A stretch of DNA of 64,000 nt. It comes from Tubiluchus corallicola (lineage: Eukaryota > Animalia > Priapulida). The position numbers were made by a program, and so were the translations under genes. The DNA lies in assembly GCA_030141605.1 (NCBI GenBank), contig JAQGDQ010000437.1, positions 124,001 to 188,000 on the forward strand, written 5' to 3'. Below the pieces are notes generated by a model. That model had not been told where the DNA came from. It ran no database searches and saw only the letters and a program-made list of their open reading frames with translations. This document shows, piece after piece, positions 1 to 25,204 of this stretch. Position 1 is the first letter of the stretch, and each line of letters starts with the position of its first letter.

Positions 1-329
1 GAAGTTTTGCAAAAAGTTGCTACCACCTCGCTCCTCTGAAACGAAATCAAGAACATAATATTTATTATAGTTGCCTATAAGCAAGCTTTGTTTTACCAAA
101 TGCCTTGGGGCAATACAACAGTCAAAACAAAAGTTTGCTTAGTAATAGAGAGGACCCTACTGGAACCGACAATTTTACTAAGAGCTAGAAGGAGGGCTGG
201 ATTAGGGTGCGCAGGTGCCCTAACCACACTCAGCTCCTGGTCATCCGGCTCTCTTTTTGCCGCGAGTCCCCACGTGGACGTTTTGCGACTAACAGCATAC
301 GTGTTATGTGTTACAATTTATGAATAAAA

Positions 330-520
330 CAAACTCTACCGCCCTGTATAGGATTTTCATGCTTTAGACGGTAGATTAAGATGGTTAGGACATCTTCTAG
401 GATCACCAAGTAAAGCACCAATAAGAAGCGCCTTAAAAGAAGCCTTAAAACCTTGCAAGAAGACCAGCTGGCAAACCAAAAAACTACTTGGATAGCTCAA
501 ATAAATAAAGATGTCCAACA
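330..520 (+). mobile_element. RTE-like LINE C-terminal fragment
   Basis: RRLRWLGHLL motif (cggtagattaagatggttaggacatctt). Confidence 0.5.
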
Positions 521-1034
521 ACTTCAAACAAATCTATCTTTACTATGAACTATGAATTTATTTTCACACTTCAAAATACAATATCATACACATTAATAAA
601 CTTCAAATAAAATGATTTTAGTGCGAGGTGAGTGTATGACCATACAGTCATTAACACACTCACCTTACTCACCATAATGAAAAAATGATTATAGTTATGC
701 GTGCTTCTGTAGATAAATCAATGTAATGAAGGATGAAGTAAATGATGTAATAAATGGGCTATGGTGGGGGGGGGGGGTAATAATAAAAATATAAGTGATT
801 CATTAGCAAAATTAATATATATATATATATAATAATCTTTATTTGCCATTAAAAACATTGATAATCACTGATAAAAACTTTATAGAGATAATCAATCAGT
901 GTTAGTTAATAAAAACTTACACTGCTGAAGGCAAATGCGTCAGTGCAATCTAAACTACTGTGCAGTAATGACGAATAAAATCAAACATATTTACAACTAT
1001 ACACAAAAAAATATAAAAAAAAACTATGATTTAA

Positions 1035-1830
1035 TTAATATGGCCGTGGGTATATGAATTCGGAATTAGTGTGTATGTTGTCGTACTGGTGTGATGGTAT
1101 TTCATATCTGGTTAATATTAGTGATTTTAATTTTGTTTTAAATGCTGATAGGGACTTGATTTGTTTAACCTGTAATGGTAGAGAATTCCAAAGTAAAATT
1201 GCTTGTTTGATTACAGAGTTCGTTCCATAGTGGGTATTTGTCCTAATTTGTTTTAGATTGCTTGTTCTGGAATTAACGATAGGATTTGGAAAAAAGGTAA
1301 ATCTGTTATTCTGGAATGGTTTGCTGATGTTGTTAATGTATTTAAATATAAAAAGCAGAGTAAAATATTCTTTGTGTGCTTCAATGATTGGGAATTTTAA
1401 AGTTTTTCTCAGGTTAGTTGTTGAAGCTTTGAATTTTTGTCTACCTGCCTTGTGTTTGTATGAGTACCCAGCTATCAATCTCAACGCATAGTTTTGAAGG
1501 AGATTTAATTTTAAGTAATTTTCTCTTTTGGTTTTTTGAAGTAGCGTACATCCATATAAGAAGTGTGGTAGAACTAAAGTTTTATATATTAGTGTTTTAG
1601 TTTCCTTTGTTAGTTGCCCTTTAACTTGTCGGAGATATGATGTGCTAGATGCCATTTTTGTGTATATGTTATTAAAGTGATCATCCCATGAAAGATTATT
1701 GTCTACTTGTATGCCCAGGAATTTAACATTGTTAGTTTGTTTGATTACAGCATTATCTATTGTCAAAGTGGTTGATGATGCATCATTAGTATTTAATGAG
1801 GGTGACAGTATCATGAATTCTGTTTTGTGA
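1035..1830 (-). mobile_element. 5'-truncated LINE (CR1/L2 group), C-terminal part of the RT ORF
   Basis: ORF with VKFLGIQVDNNLSW, IYKTLVLPHFLYG, LQNYALRLI and LWNSLP motifs. A related decayed copy lies at ~11910-12420 (+). Confidence 0.85.
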
Positions 1831-13520
<11,690 letters not shown>

Positions 13521-14114
13521 ATTACATTGCTTACAAATAAAACACATTCAATAGGTTTTTGTTGATTGTAATTATGCTAATTCCAGATAACGGTGTGTTG
13601 GCTAAAGATGTACAAACAATGGTGTACAGGATCTGTGTCAACAATATATCTGTAATCATTGTCACAAAAAGTATACGTATGCAAAATTGAAAAGAATTGT
13701 CGAAACAATTCTCAAGAGAAATTTTCCTAACGTTCTACAAGAATTATGATAAAATTGGCCATTATGATTGTGACGTAATCATCATGCATCTGCGTTAAGA
13801 ATAATCAGTTTTAGTAGCTAGCTATTTGGTTTATGAGTTTTTTGTTTAAAAGATATTAGATATTTGTTTAAAAGAATGTGTCAAAACCTGCCACCTAATG
13901 CTGGAAAGAAGAAATTTTTGAACTAGTGTTATGATTAAAACATTAAAGTTTGTTAAATGACTGTTTTAATTAATATGTAAAACGACTGTTTTTAATGATT
14001 TTCAAAGTGTCATCAATCCGTCGATAGAGTGGCTTTGATTTTACTGTACTGTGCGTACTTTTGTGTTTTAAATTGTTGTAAAATGAAAGGTGACAACATA
14101 AAAAACTTAACTAT

Positions 14115-15072
14115 AGTATGCTATGCTATGCGATACTGTACTGTACTGTACTGTACTGTACTGTACTGTACTGTACTGTACTGTACTGTCCTGTCCTGTA
14201 CTGTACTGTACTGTACTGTACTGTACTGTACTGTACTGTACTGTACTGTACTGTACTGTACTGTACTGCACTGCACTGCACTGCACTGCACTGCACTGTA
14301 CTATACACTGTACTTTACTGTCCTGTCCTGTCCTGTCCTGTCCTGTCCTGTCCTGTACTGTACTGTACTGTACTGTACTGTACTGTACTGTACTGTACTG
14401 TACTGTACTGTACTGGACTGTACTGTACTGTACTGTACTGTACTGTACTGTACTGTACTGTACTGTACTGTACTGTACTGTACTGTACTGTACTGTACTG
14501 TACTGTACTGTACTGTACTGTACTGTACTGTACTGTACTGTACTGTACTGTACTGTACTGTACTGTACTGTACTGTACTGTACTGTACTGTACTGTACTG
14601 TACTGTACTGTACTGTACTGTACTGTACTGTACTGTACTGTACTGTACTGTACTGTACTGTACTGTACTGTACTGTACTGTACTGTACTGTACTGTACTG
14701 TACTGTACTGTACTGTACTGTACTGTACACTGTACTGAACACTGTACTGTACACTGTACTGTACTGTACTGTACTGTACTGTACTGTACTGTACTGTACT
14801 GTACTTTACTGTCCTGTCCTGTCCTGTGCTGTGCTGTGCTGTGCTGTGCTGTGCTGTGCTGTGCTATGCTATGCTATGCTATGCTATGCTATGCTATGCT
14901 ATGCTATGCTATGCTATACTATACTATACTATACTATACTATACTATACCATACCATACCATACCATACCATACCATACCATACCATACCATACCATACC
15001 ATACCATACCATACCATACCATACTATACTATACTATACTATACTATACTATACTATACTATACTATACTAT
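14115..15072. repeat. Compound pentanucleotide microsatellite (ACTGT, CCTGT, GCTGT, GCTAT, ACTAT, ACCAT)
   Basis: Directly visible. Confidence 0.98.
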
Positions 15073-15659
15073 GCGTTTCAAAATCATCTTATTTTAGCGT
15101 CAGTCATAATCACGTCCAAAATCCCATCAATACAAAATGAATCTGTAGCTCAATGCCAAGTTTTAGTATAAATAGTTAAAGGAAAGCAGCATCAATTTTT
15201 TGTATTCGGCTCCATTTTGAAGAACCGCAAACAAGTATACGTTTCAACAGCCATGATAATGCAAAACACTTCTGATAATTAAATAATTGGTAAAAAATTT
15301 TTATAAATGGCAGACGGGCCCAGCTAGCGACGACCACATAACTGATCGTAATCATCAACAGCACAAACATTCCTTGAGAAGCACGTGTTTGTGAAAATTG
15401 AAGTACAGTGCTACTATGTGCATCATTTAGTGTGATAAACAAAAACTGCAAATTTTAAGTTCAACAAGTTTAATTAGTTTTTTAGAATAACGCTGTGCGC
15501 GCACATGAGCCTTCAAACATGTGAACTACGTCACAACTAAACACCTCTGAAAAGAAACATGCAAAACGTGTTTTTCCGTAATATAGGAGCTACACAAATT
15601 TGTAGAGACGCGACAAAAAACAATGGCTGACTTTAACAGTGATTTTCTCAGGATTATGT

Positions 15660-16080
15660 TGTTCAGTGTGCAGCCTGCGCCTCAACTTCAACATGGATTA
15701 TCTCAGCTTAGAAATAACACAGAGTGATGAGCTTGGTATCAAAATGATCCTCATGAAATGGAGATATAGGATATGTGAACAACTAGAAAAACTTAAGTGC
15801 CGAATTATGGATGATTTTGCTAGGGATTTACACATATATATATAATTTTGTCAAGTTTATGTTTTTCAGTGCATAGCCTGCACCTCAACTTCAACGTGGA
15901 TCATCTCAGCTTAGAAATAACATAGAGCCATGAACTTGGTATCAAAATGATCCTCATGAAATGGAGATAAAGGGTGCGCGAATAACTATCAAAGCTTAAT
16001 TGCCGACTTTTGGACGATTTTGCTATGCAAGCACAGTCATTGTATTGCATGACGATTACACCCCGTGTGCGGGGTTCTAT
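15660..16080 (+). repeat. Two tandem ~205-bp units (third copy ~57310-57500) ending in a GC hairpin; possibly Helitron-like
   Basis: Repeated GCACCTCAACTTCAAC...TTGGTATCAAAATGATCCTCATGAAATGGAGAT; hairpin ACCCCG-TGTG-CGGGGT at 16060-16075. Confidence 0.5.
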
Positions 16081-16630
16081 GTATGTTTTTCAATGTAATG
16101 TATTGCATTGTATTTGTAATGTATTGTAATGAATTGTAAAACTGTAGTGGCCTGAATCATTAATAAATAGTTATCATACTCATTTTAACTAGTTTTTCTG
16201 ATCATATAATGAATAGCAGGAGTAAAATAAACTAAATAGAATAAAGTATTGTGTAAAGTATTGTAATGTAACGTAATGCAATGGAATGCGGTGTAACGTA
16301 ATGCTATGCAATGAAACTTTATGTAAACAAACAGGCTTCACACCCATATGAAGTCTACAGTGCTCTTATAGGACGCGCCATTTTTTTCTCTTACAGTCTA
16401 CAGATGGCAGCACTTCAAGGAACCTATTAGAACGTAAATATATCTATGGCGTATATCAACATGAAGCCTGTTGTACAGGAGCTAAACAACAGCGCATCCA
16501 TAGTAAAATGAACTAAATTTAATAAAAATATTGCATAATTATGTAACTTAATGCAATGCAATGCAGTGTAATGTAATGCAACGTAATGGAAAACGTTATG
16601 TAAACAAACAGTCTTCACACCCATCTAAAG

Positions 16631-16991
16631 TAGGGGTGAGCATCGAACGAGTTTTTTTTTTAGTTCGAACTCGATTCGAATCCAAAACTATATATTCCAA
16701 TAATTCAGCACTTCAATCACATATGTTCCTATCATGCAATTTAGCTGTGATTTCTATGCACAACTTTAAACAAATTACTAGTTGTTTTATTGCAGAACAA
16801 AATCTAGTGATATGCATGATCTTTGTAAGACTAATTTTTACTGGTGGTTCGAAAACTAGTTCGAAAATCGTTCGATCTCAATTCGAATTCGGTTCGAATT
16901 CGAAACACTGAAGTTCGGTTCGATTCGAAATCGAAAGTCACAAATTCGGTTCGATTCGAATTCGCTTTCTGGTAGAGAATACTCACCCCTA
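16631..16991. mobile_element. hAT-type MITE, same family, inverted orientation
   Basis: TAGGGGTGAGCAT...ATACTCACCCCTA; degenerate TSD ATCTAAAG/CTCTGAAG. An empty site is visible in the adjacent duplicate at ~16345. Confidence 0.88.
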
Positions 16992-17512
16992 CTCTGAAGC
17001 CTACACTGCTCTTCTAGGTCACGGCATTATTTTCTCTTACAGTCTACAGATGGCAGCACTTCAATAAACCTGTTATATACTTACAGCGTAAATCTAGATG
17101 AAGCCTGCTGTACAGGGGGTAAACAGCAACGCACTGCTGCCACTTATAGTGCGTATTGGCTGAGGGCTTTACCCCTGCCTGTGTGTTCAAGCGCTGGTTT
17201 AATGATTCATGTGCAGAATTTAAGTCTGAATTGCTCCCCGGAGGTTCATTTTCTCGTGTTTTACACGGTGGCTGTTTGTGTTGAACGTGAAATACAACCT
17301 CATAGAGGGTGTCGTGTAAACGAAATTGAATAAAAGACGTATGATAAAACACAAGAGATGTATTGTTCCAATTTGAACTATTGTTTGGTATAATAAAGTT
17401 GCTGGGCAGCAGATGTGTTGGTTTATAACTGCACGACGTCACGAAGATTCATTGAAAAAGGCTGTAATTACTGAACTTCTCTTTCTGAGGAAATAACTGA
17501 TGCTAAAGTAAC

Positions 17513-19699
17513 ATGGTTGACCCAATGTTCGATTATCAGTTCAGGCTAATCCTGCTAGGTGACAGCACTGTAGGAAAGTCTTCAATCCTCAAGTACTTCT
17601 GCGAAGGTCGGTTCAGTCCCCAGTCTGATCCGACGGTGGGAGTGGATTTCTACACCAGGCTGGTGGAGGTGAGGCCAGGAATCCGCGTCAAGCTCCAGCT
17701 GTGGGATACGGCCGGACAAGAACGTTTCAGGTAACATTGGATGCTAATTTGGGTAGTTGTGCCAGCAGCATAACATTGGTGATGCTCATTGAAAGCCTGG
17801 ACATTATTAAATAAAACACTATACTACATATTTGCACATAACTGAAAAAGTGTTTATTATTAGACTACATACACACATGTAGAATGACTGCTACACTGAA
17901 CACTGAGAACAAGAGTGTACTGGGAGTATGAGTTAGACAGTAAGTAACATGAGTAGCACGACTGCTGCGCTGCGCTGCACTGAGAATGAGAGTGTCCTGC
18001 ACTGAACACTGAGAGTTAGACAGGGACAAGAAAGTAAAATCCAGTCAGTATATATAGGTATAGGTAATTATGCAAACTTGGCTTCACAAAAACCATTACT
18101 TTAAAATAGGGAGAGATCCAGTGAATATGCATTCACTGGACTGTAGAATTATACTAGGGGTGAGTTTAGCTAGTAAAATTTAGCTAGATTAGTTCATAGA
18201 TGGCAGCACCTAAAAATATACAGTTACAATTTCCACAGCATGCTTGCTGCTGCAGCTAGTCAAAGCACACAGATGGCATGCTGAGAAAATAAATTACCAT
18301 ACAAATCAAGTGGTTTGGTTGCAAGGAACGTATGTTGTCTATTGATGGTGATTTGTGAAATGGCAAAAGATAACATTTCACAATTTACTGTTAGACCAAC
18401 TGCATGACAAATTATTTCACGTTAACTGACGTCAACAAAATGGCTTCTTGGCGGTCGTCATAATGGTCTACCTGTACTAATCTAAATTAGATAACTCATT
18501 TCTCAAATGAAAGACAGATTCAAAAGTTTCATAGATACTACACGCTAGACAAAGTTTATAAGTATCAAAAGCGACTTGTTGAGACACCCCCCCAAAAAAA
18601 AACCCACCCACATTAATATAATTTATCCTATACAGGGGCGGCTCGTAGCTAAAATTACTGGGGGTGCTGCTTCAGAAAATTTTTAGCTATTGTTTTCATA
18701 CTGTGCAAACAAACATACGCAATTGTAATGTTGAAAATTTATACATAAATTTGATAAAATCCTAAACAAAAATTATTGTTTGCTTACGAATAGCCTAAAT
18801 GACCGCAGTTCAAGAGTACGCTTTTAATCACGTGACAACTGACAACACACACTGCGTGAGCGACAGGACTTTTTCTACCTGGGGGCACAATAGCCAAACA
18901 CCACGTTGCTTGAGCTGTTAACGCACGGTTGTGCAGCAAAGAATACTACCCTCACGTGCTCCAAACTGTACAAGTATAAAGAAAGAACTAAAGAAAAAGA
19001 CTTACTATTGAATATTATCGATAATACTGAGTGAAAATCGGGAATGATGCTCGAGCCGCCACTGTATGTGTAATTTATTGCAAGAAAGTAGCCTAATAGT
19101 CACAGTACATTCAAGTTAAGCAACCTTGAGCCTCATTAGCAAACTGGCAGGTGGTTGCGAGTATATTCAAACTTTGAATTTTTATAGTAATAAATTCTTA
19201 TAGTAATGAATGACTATATTTATGCGGAATTGGTAACCCCGATGATTTAACAAAGTATTTACTATTCAGGTCGATCACTCGCTCCTACTACAGAAATTCT
19301 GTTGGAGGTCTCATCGTATACGACATCACAAACAGGGCTTCCTTTCTGAATGTGTCAGACTGGCTCCAGGAAGCCAAAGCTTACATGGAGCCTCGTGATC
19401 CGATTTTTCTTCTCATCGGACACAAAACAGATTTAGCAACGAAACGTGAGGTCAGCCAAGAGGAGGGAGAGAAACTGTCCACATTTTATGGCATGCACTT
19501 CTTGGAAACGTCTGCAAAAACTGGGCTACACATAGAAGACGTGTTCCGAACGTTGAGTATAGACATCTATGAACGCATGATGTCCGGACAAATAAGGCTA
19601 GAGGAGGGTTGGGAAGGCATCAAACCGGGCTTCTCTCAACCACTTAGATACTCCGTACACATTCCTTCCGGACAACCAGAGGACACGGGATGTTGTTAG
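17513..19699 (+). CDS. RAB39: Ras-related protein Rab39, 215 aa, 2 exons
   Basis: Exon 1 17513-17730 (MVDPMFDYQFRLILLGDSTVGKSS...[10 protein letters not shown]|gtaaca). Exon 2 19270-19699 (SITRSYYRNSVGG...HKTD...ETSAK...GCC prenylation end). YQFRLIL-GDSTVGKS and GHKxD are Rab39 signatures. Confidence 0.95.
17808..18237 (-). mobile_element. Solo LTR, partly deleted, in the Rab39 intron
   Basis: Minus strand begins TGTGGAAATTGTAACTG...AGGTGCTGCCATCTATG, homologous to the 44541 LTR and to ~8475-8982. Confidence 0.7.
18633..19064. mobile_element. Non-autonomous TIR element in the Rab39 intron
   Basis: TA|CAGGGGCGGCTCG...CGAGCCGCCACTG|TA. Confidence 0.7.
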
Positions 19700-20559
19700 T
19701 CATTCCTTCGGATGATTTATATCAGTAAGCAAAGAATATTCAGAAAACTGGAAAGTAAACTTCCCACATGTACGTTCCTAGAGAATTGTCTTCACTAGGC
19801 ATAAATTGGTTCACATAAGTCACATTGAAGAAAATATTAAGAGTCTTTGACAGAGAAGTGGACAACGGGAATGGGAAAGGCGACAGAATGATGCTGAGTA
19901 TTTTACGCGATCTGCTCACATTTTTACAAGGAACATGTAATCCTTAAGCGTCTTATAGAAGTTCTAAATGTGTCATATACTGCAACTCACTTTTACCATG
20001 CATCAGCTGGTAATTATGTTGTGTCTCCTTTGTCACATAAGTTGGTAAACATGTTGTGTCACGTGGTCTACTCCGTTTGGTGTAACAAATTTTTTTGGCA
20101 TTTCTGCCATGTCAGCTAGCTGATGAACTAAGTTGTACCAGTTTTTCAACTTAAACTGGGAATGAAAGTCGATTACATATCAAGTTGACTTCATTAAAAG
20201 TGTTACAAAGTTGTATTTGACCTGTGTAGTACGTCCAAGGCCAGATTATGACTTTTTGGGGCCATTAGCTAATGAAGTTATAGGGTCCTCCCAAAAGGGT
20301 CCACTTTTTTAAAGTGTTTCCCTTTTGAAGCTGCAATTTTATTTTAAAGTTAAACGAATTTTTTAACAATGTCAAATATTAAAATACTAGACTTATTTTT
20401 CAATATATGCGTTTACTTGAAAATCTTTTAGCAGGGCCCTTGAAGTTTAGTAAGCCCTATAGGCTTCAGCCTACATTAGCCTACAGAGCAATCTGACTCA
20501 AGTATTCAGTTGATAATACATGTTGTGTCATCTTTTTGAAGAAATAAGTTGGAAAAGTC

Positions 20560-20950
20560 AGCTTTTTCACAGTTTGGTTGTGCCTACATGCAGTTGCTGT
20601 AGGTCAAAGGTTAACTGTACCACAACAACGCGTCTTAACTACAACCGTCACATTATGCGTGTGTAAAGTAAAGCCGTCTGCTGCATTGGTTTAATAACAT
20701 CAGATGTTTTACGTGGACGATACTTTATTATGCATTAGTCTGTGTGTAGAGTGATTTATATACTAGCAATATCTTGCTTGGGAACAAGAAAAAGTGAATT
20801 ACGTAAGGTTCCAGACAGCTGTTAAAGCTCTTACTATTACAATAGCATGCACTGCAAGGCATTGTCAAGTGTACACAAATGCGTTGTCTGGTACACATAA
20901 CCTTTGACCTTTTCATGATCATCATCAATCGCTGGAAGTGTGAAAAGACT
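20560..20950. mobile_element. PIF/Harbinger-like MITE (further copies ~43485-43870 and ~58206-58590)
   Basis: Three dispersed ~380-nt copies; termini CTTTTCACA...TGTGAAAAG; inner inverted repeat AGGTCAAAGGTTA/TAACCTTTGACCT. Confidence 0.7.
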
Positions 20951-21399
20951 TACTGTGTTACTGTCATGTGGGTCTGTATTATATGAATGTGTGATATACG
21001 GTCTGGTCAACTTTATACAACGTCAGCAGATGGCGTAAGTTGTATCAGCTTTGCAGCAGACATGAGTTGGAAATTATGGAGCATGTTGTGTGTGTTAATG
21101 AAAATAGACGGTTTGTTCAATCAGGATGTGGAACTACCAGGTGGCAACGAGCAATACTGATCCAGTTATGTTGATGATGGTGCTACAGTACGTTGTATTA
21201 TTTGCATCTTTGCGATTTACCGTGATTATGGACACTTTATACGGTGAAATACTTGCACTGGTTAGTCCTGGACAGTTTACAATTATCTGTGTGCTTCAAA
21301 ATGCAAGAAATGTTATACTTATGCCAAGTACATGTTTTAAATATTTGAATCCCAAATACTTTTAATATTATGATGCTTGATAAAATATTACACACAGTG

Positions 21400-21725
21400 C
21401 TTTTAGTAGCATGATGCTTGTAAATTAACGTTAACAAACCTGTTTTTAGTAGCATGATGCTTGTAAAGTAACGTTAACAAACCCGTTTTTAGTAGCATGA
21501 TGCTTGGAGATTAACGTTAACAACACTGTTTTTAGTATCATGATGCTTGTAAATTAACGTTAACAACACTGTTTTTAGTAGTATGATGCTTTTAAATTAA
21601 CGTTAACAACACTGTTTTTAGTAGCATGATGCTTGTAAATTAACGTTAACAACACCGTTTCTAGTAGCATGATGCTTGGAAATTAACGTTAATAACACTG
21701 TTTTTACTAGCATGATGTCTGTAAA
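21400..21725. repeat. ~43-bp minisatellite, ~8 copies
   Basis: Unit TTTTAGTAGCATGATGCTTGTAAATTAACGTTAACAACACTGT. Confidence 0.95.
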
Positions 21726-22069
21726 TTAATATTGCACACAGTTCACTTTCCAGGGAAAACCCCAGTTGTTTTTAAAGCAGGCAGAAAATTGTTGACCGTG
21801 ATCTGGTGTATTCATAAAAAAGATTAGAAAAGATATTTTCCTATGTGACATTGAAAGATTTTCCAGTGTTTTTATTGCACTTTCTGTAAAAAGGAAATAA
21901 AAATCACCACCTTCTACTTCCAAATCTACAAAAATGCAATTAGTCATGAAGAGCGATGAAATATTTGGTGATTAAAACACAAGAATACACTCATATGCTG
22001 TCCTTATTGCATACAGAGCTTGCGTTAGCAGTGACACTGTAGAAAACTTGTGCCATTTTACTAGGCAGC

Positions 22070-23895
22070 CCGAGCATTTTAAATTACTCAGTTCAAGTTA
22101 GAATTTATTCCCTTGGTTAAACGTGATAAGAATGTGCAGGTAATTCAAGTAAGTGTTTATTCCCTTGGTTAAACGTGATAAGGTGGAAATGCACGAGCAT
22201 TTTAAATTATTCAATTCTAGTTAGAATTTATTCCCTTGGTTAAACGTCATAAGAATGTGTAGGTAATTCAAGTAAATATTTATTCCCTTGGTTAAACGTG
22301 ATAAGGTGGAAATGCATGAGCATTTTAAATTATTCATTTTAAGTTAGGATTTATTCCCTTCGTTAAACGTGATAAGGTGGAAATGCATTAGCATTTTAAA
22401 TTATTCAAGTTAGAATTTATTCCCTTGGTTAAACGTGATAACAATGTGCAGGTAATTCAAGTAAGTGTTTATTCCCTTGGTTAAACGTGATAAGGTGGAA
22501 ATGCATGAGCATTTTAAATTATTCATTTCAAGTTAGGATTTATTCCCTTGGTTAAACGTGATAAGGTGGAAATGCACGAACATTTTAAATTATTCAGTTC
22601 AACTTAGGATTTATTCCCTTGGTTAAACGTGATAAGAATGTGCAGGTAATTCAAGTAAGTGTTTATTCCCTTGGTTAAACGTGATAAGGTGGAAATGCAC
22701 GAGCATTTTAAATTATTCAATTCTAGTTAGAATTTATTCCCTTGGTTAAACGTCATAAGAATGTGTAGGTAATTCAAGTAAATATTTATTCCCTTGGTTA
22801 AACGTGATAAGGTGGAAATGCATGAGCATTTTAAATTATTCATTTTAAGTTAGGATTTATTCCCTTCGTTAAACGTGATAAGGTGGAAATGCATTAGCAT
22901 TTTAAATTATTCAAGTTAGAATTTATTCCCTTGGTTAAACGTGATAACAATGTGCAGGTAATTCAAGTAAGTGTTTATTCCCTTGGTTAAACGTGATAAG
23001 GTGGAAATGCATGAGCATTTTAAATTATTCATTTCAAGTTAGGATTTATTCCCTTGGTTAAACGTGATAAGGTGGAAATGCACGAACATTTTAAATTATT
23101 CAGTTCAACTTAGGATTTATTCCCTTGGTTAAACGTGATAAGAATGTGCAGGTAATTCAAGTAAGTGTTTATTCCCTTGGTTAAACGTGATAAGGTGGAA
23201 ATGCACGAGCATTTTAAATTATTAAGTTCAAGTTAGAATTTATTCCCTTGGTTAAACGTGATAACAATGTGCAGGTAATTCAAGTAAGTATTTATTCCCT
23301 TGGTTAAACGTGATAAGGTGGAAATGCGCGAGCATTTTAAATTATTCATTTCAAGTAAGGATTTATTCCCTTGGTTAAACGTGATAAGAATGTGCAGGTA
23401 ATTCAAGTAAGTAGTTATTCCCTTGGTTCAACGTGATAAGAATGTGCAGGTAATTCAGGTAAGTGTTTGTTCCCTTGGTTAAACGTGATAAGGTGGAAAT
23501 GCACGAGCATTTTAAATTATTCAAGTTAGAATCTATTTCCCTTGGTTAAACGTGATAAGAATGTGCAGGTAATTCAACTTAGAATCTATTTCCTTGGTTA
23601 AACGTGATAAGAATGTGCAGGTAATTCAAGTAAGTTTTATTCCCATGGTTAAAGGTGATAAGATGGAAATGCAAGAGCATTTTAAATTATTCAGTTCAAG
23701 TTAGAATTTATTCCCTTGGTTAAACGTGATAACAATGTGCAGGTAATTCAAGTAAGTGTTTATTCCCTTGGTTAAACGTGATAAGGTGGAAATGCACGAG
23801 CATTTTAAATTATTCAATTCAAGTAAGGATTTAATCCCTTGGTTAAACATGATAAGACTGTGCAGATTATTCAAGTTAGCATTTATTCCCTTGGC
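22070..23895. repeat. Compound minisatellite: 26-bp core with two alternative linker types
   Basis: About 30 copies of TTATTCCCTTGGTTAAACGTGATAAG separated by linker A or B; 506-bp higher-order repeat. Confidence 0.95.
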
Positions 23896-25204
23896 TAAAT
23901 ACTTGTATATGATTAGTGCTTTTTATTGGTCAATGTTTCGAAACTTTTCTGGACTTTATCTAATAACATCAACTATCTTTTTAACCACAAGAGGAAAAAA
24001 GCAAAGAACAGTTCGGTTATCGACACAAAACATCCGAATTTAATTTTCAATACTGATTCCGTTGCTCAGACACTAAAATTACATCAAAGATCAAAAATTT
24101 ACATCGATATTCATTTAAAATAAGCCGTAACGAGCATGTTTCACTACCATGCACTATCACAACGTACAAACGACACACAAGAATGGTAATGATTATCATA
24201 CAACGTAATAAATAGTAGCAGTTTGCGCACGGTGAACTTGAATATTACACATCAGGGCGCATATATGTACAGAAATTTAATAAATAAGTGACATTAATGT
24301 CAAGAACAAGTGAACATCTTAATTTTGAGAACAAGCGAAAGTGGTACCGTTCAAAACAAATGAGCATTCTAGTGTAACGACGCTTCCAACGAGTCTTACG
24401 TTCGGGTATACGTCTAAAGAATCACGATAATAAAATTTTGACTTTGTTCACATTTTGCTATCATAGTTGTGATAAAACACCAATTTTGACTTTGTTCACA
24501 TTTTGCTATCATTTAATGATAGAAATAAATAAATTTTTGCAGAAATATAGTTAAAATATCTGTCCTCAACAAGTATTTTGCATTCTATAAAACAAAAAGG
24601 TACAATCTCGAGGAAAAGAGGTTTACAAGAAAAAAATCATGAAAGTTTACCTTGCAAATGTGACTCAACATCTTATCTAGCTTCAACAACCACAACAACT
24701 TAACATATCAAAAAATCACAATATACAATTTGCACACAAGTTTTGCATCAAGAAATAATAATTTAATCTGTCTGATATCGCCTATGTTACCACATACAAA
24801 GCTAATCTACAACGCACTAGCACTTGCGTTCGAAAAAGCTCTAAAAGGAATTTATAAAAGCATCGGGTCTCACCAACAGTCGGCGCGCATAAAGACGAAA
24901 CATTCAACACGAAATGATAGAAAATGACCATGATTAGTAATGCAAAAGTAAAAGCTCCATTAAACTTGTACACTTTTACTTTGATAAGAGACAATTTTGA
25001 TAGAACTGCTACATCTAAATTATAACTGTGCTCATTTATTTCACATACATCCAGGCAGTAATAAATTAGTCGGATTTAAGTAGCTTTATACAATTATGCC
25101 ACCATTTTGGTACAATACTACTAATGCGATGTGGCAAATATTACGATAATAAATAAGTAATAAAACACTCAGATAAGAAAGCTATATACAAAGCAGACGA
25201 CTAC

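Noticed and set aside
185-300. HDV-like or other ribozyme in GC-rich hairpins
   Set aside because: Only simple stem-loops; I could not build the nested double pseudoknot or a hammerhead core.
22070-23895. CRISPR array
   Set aside because: Spacers are only two recurring types, there are no cas genes, and the context is eukaryotic.
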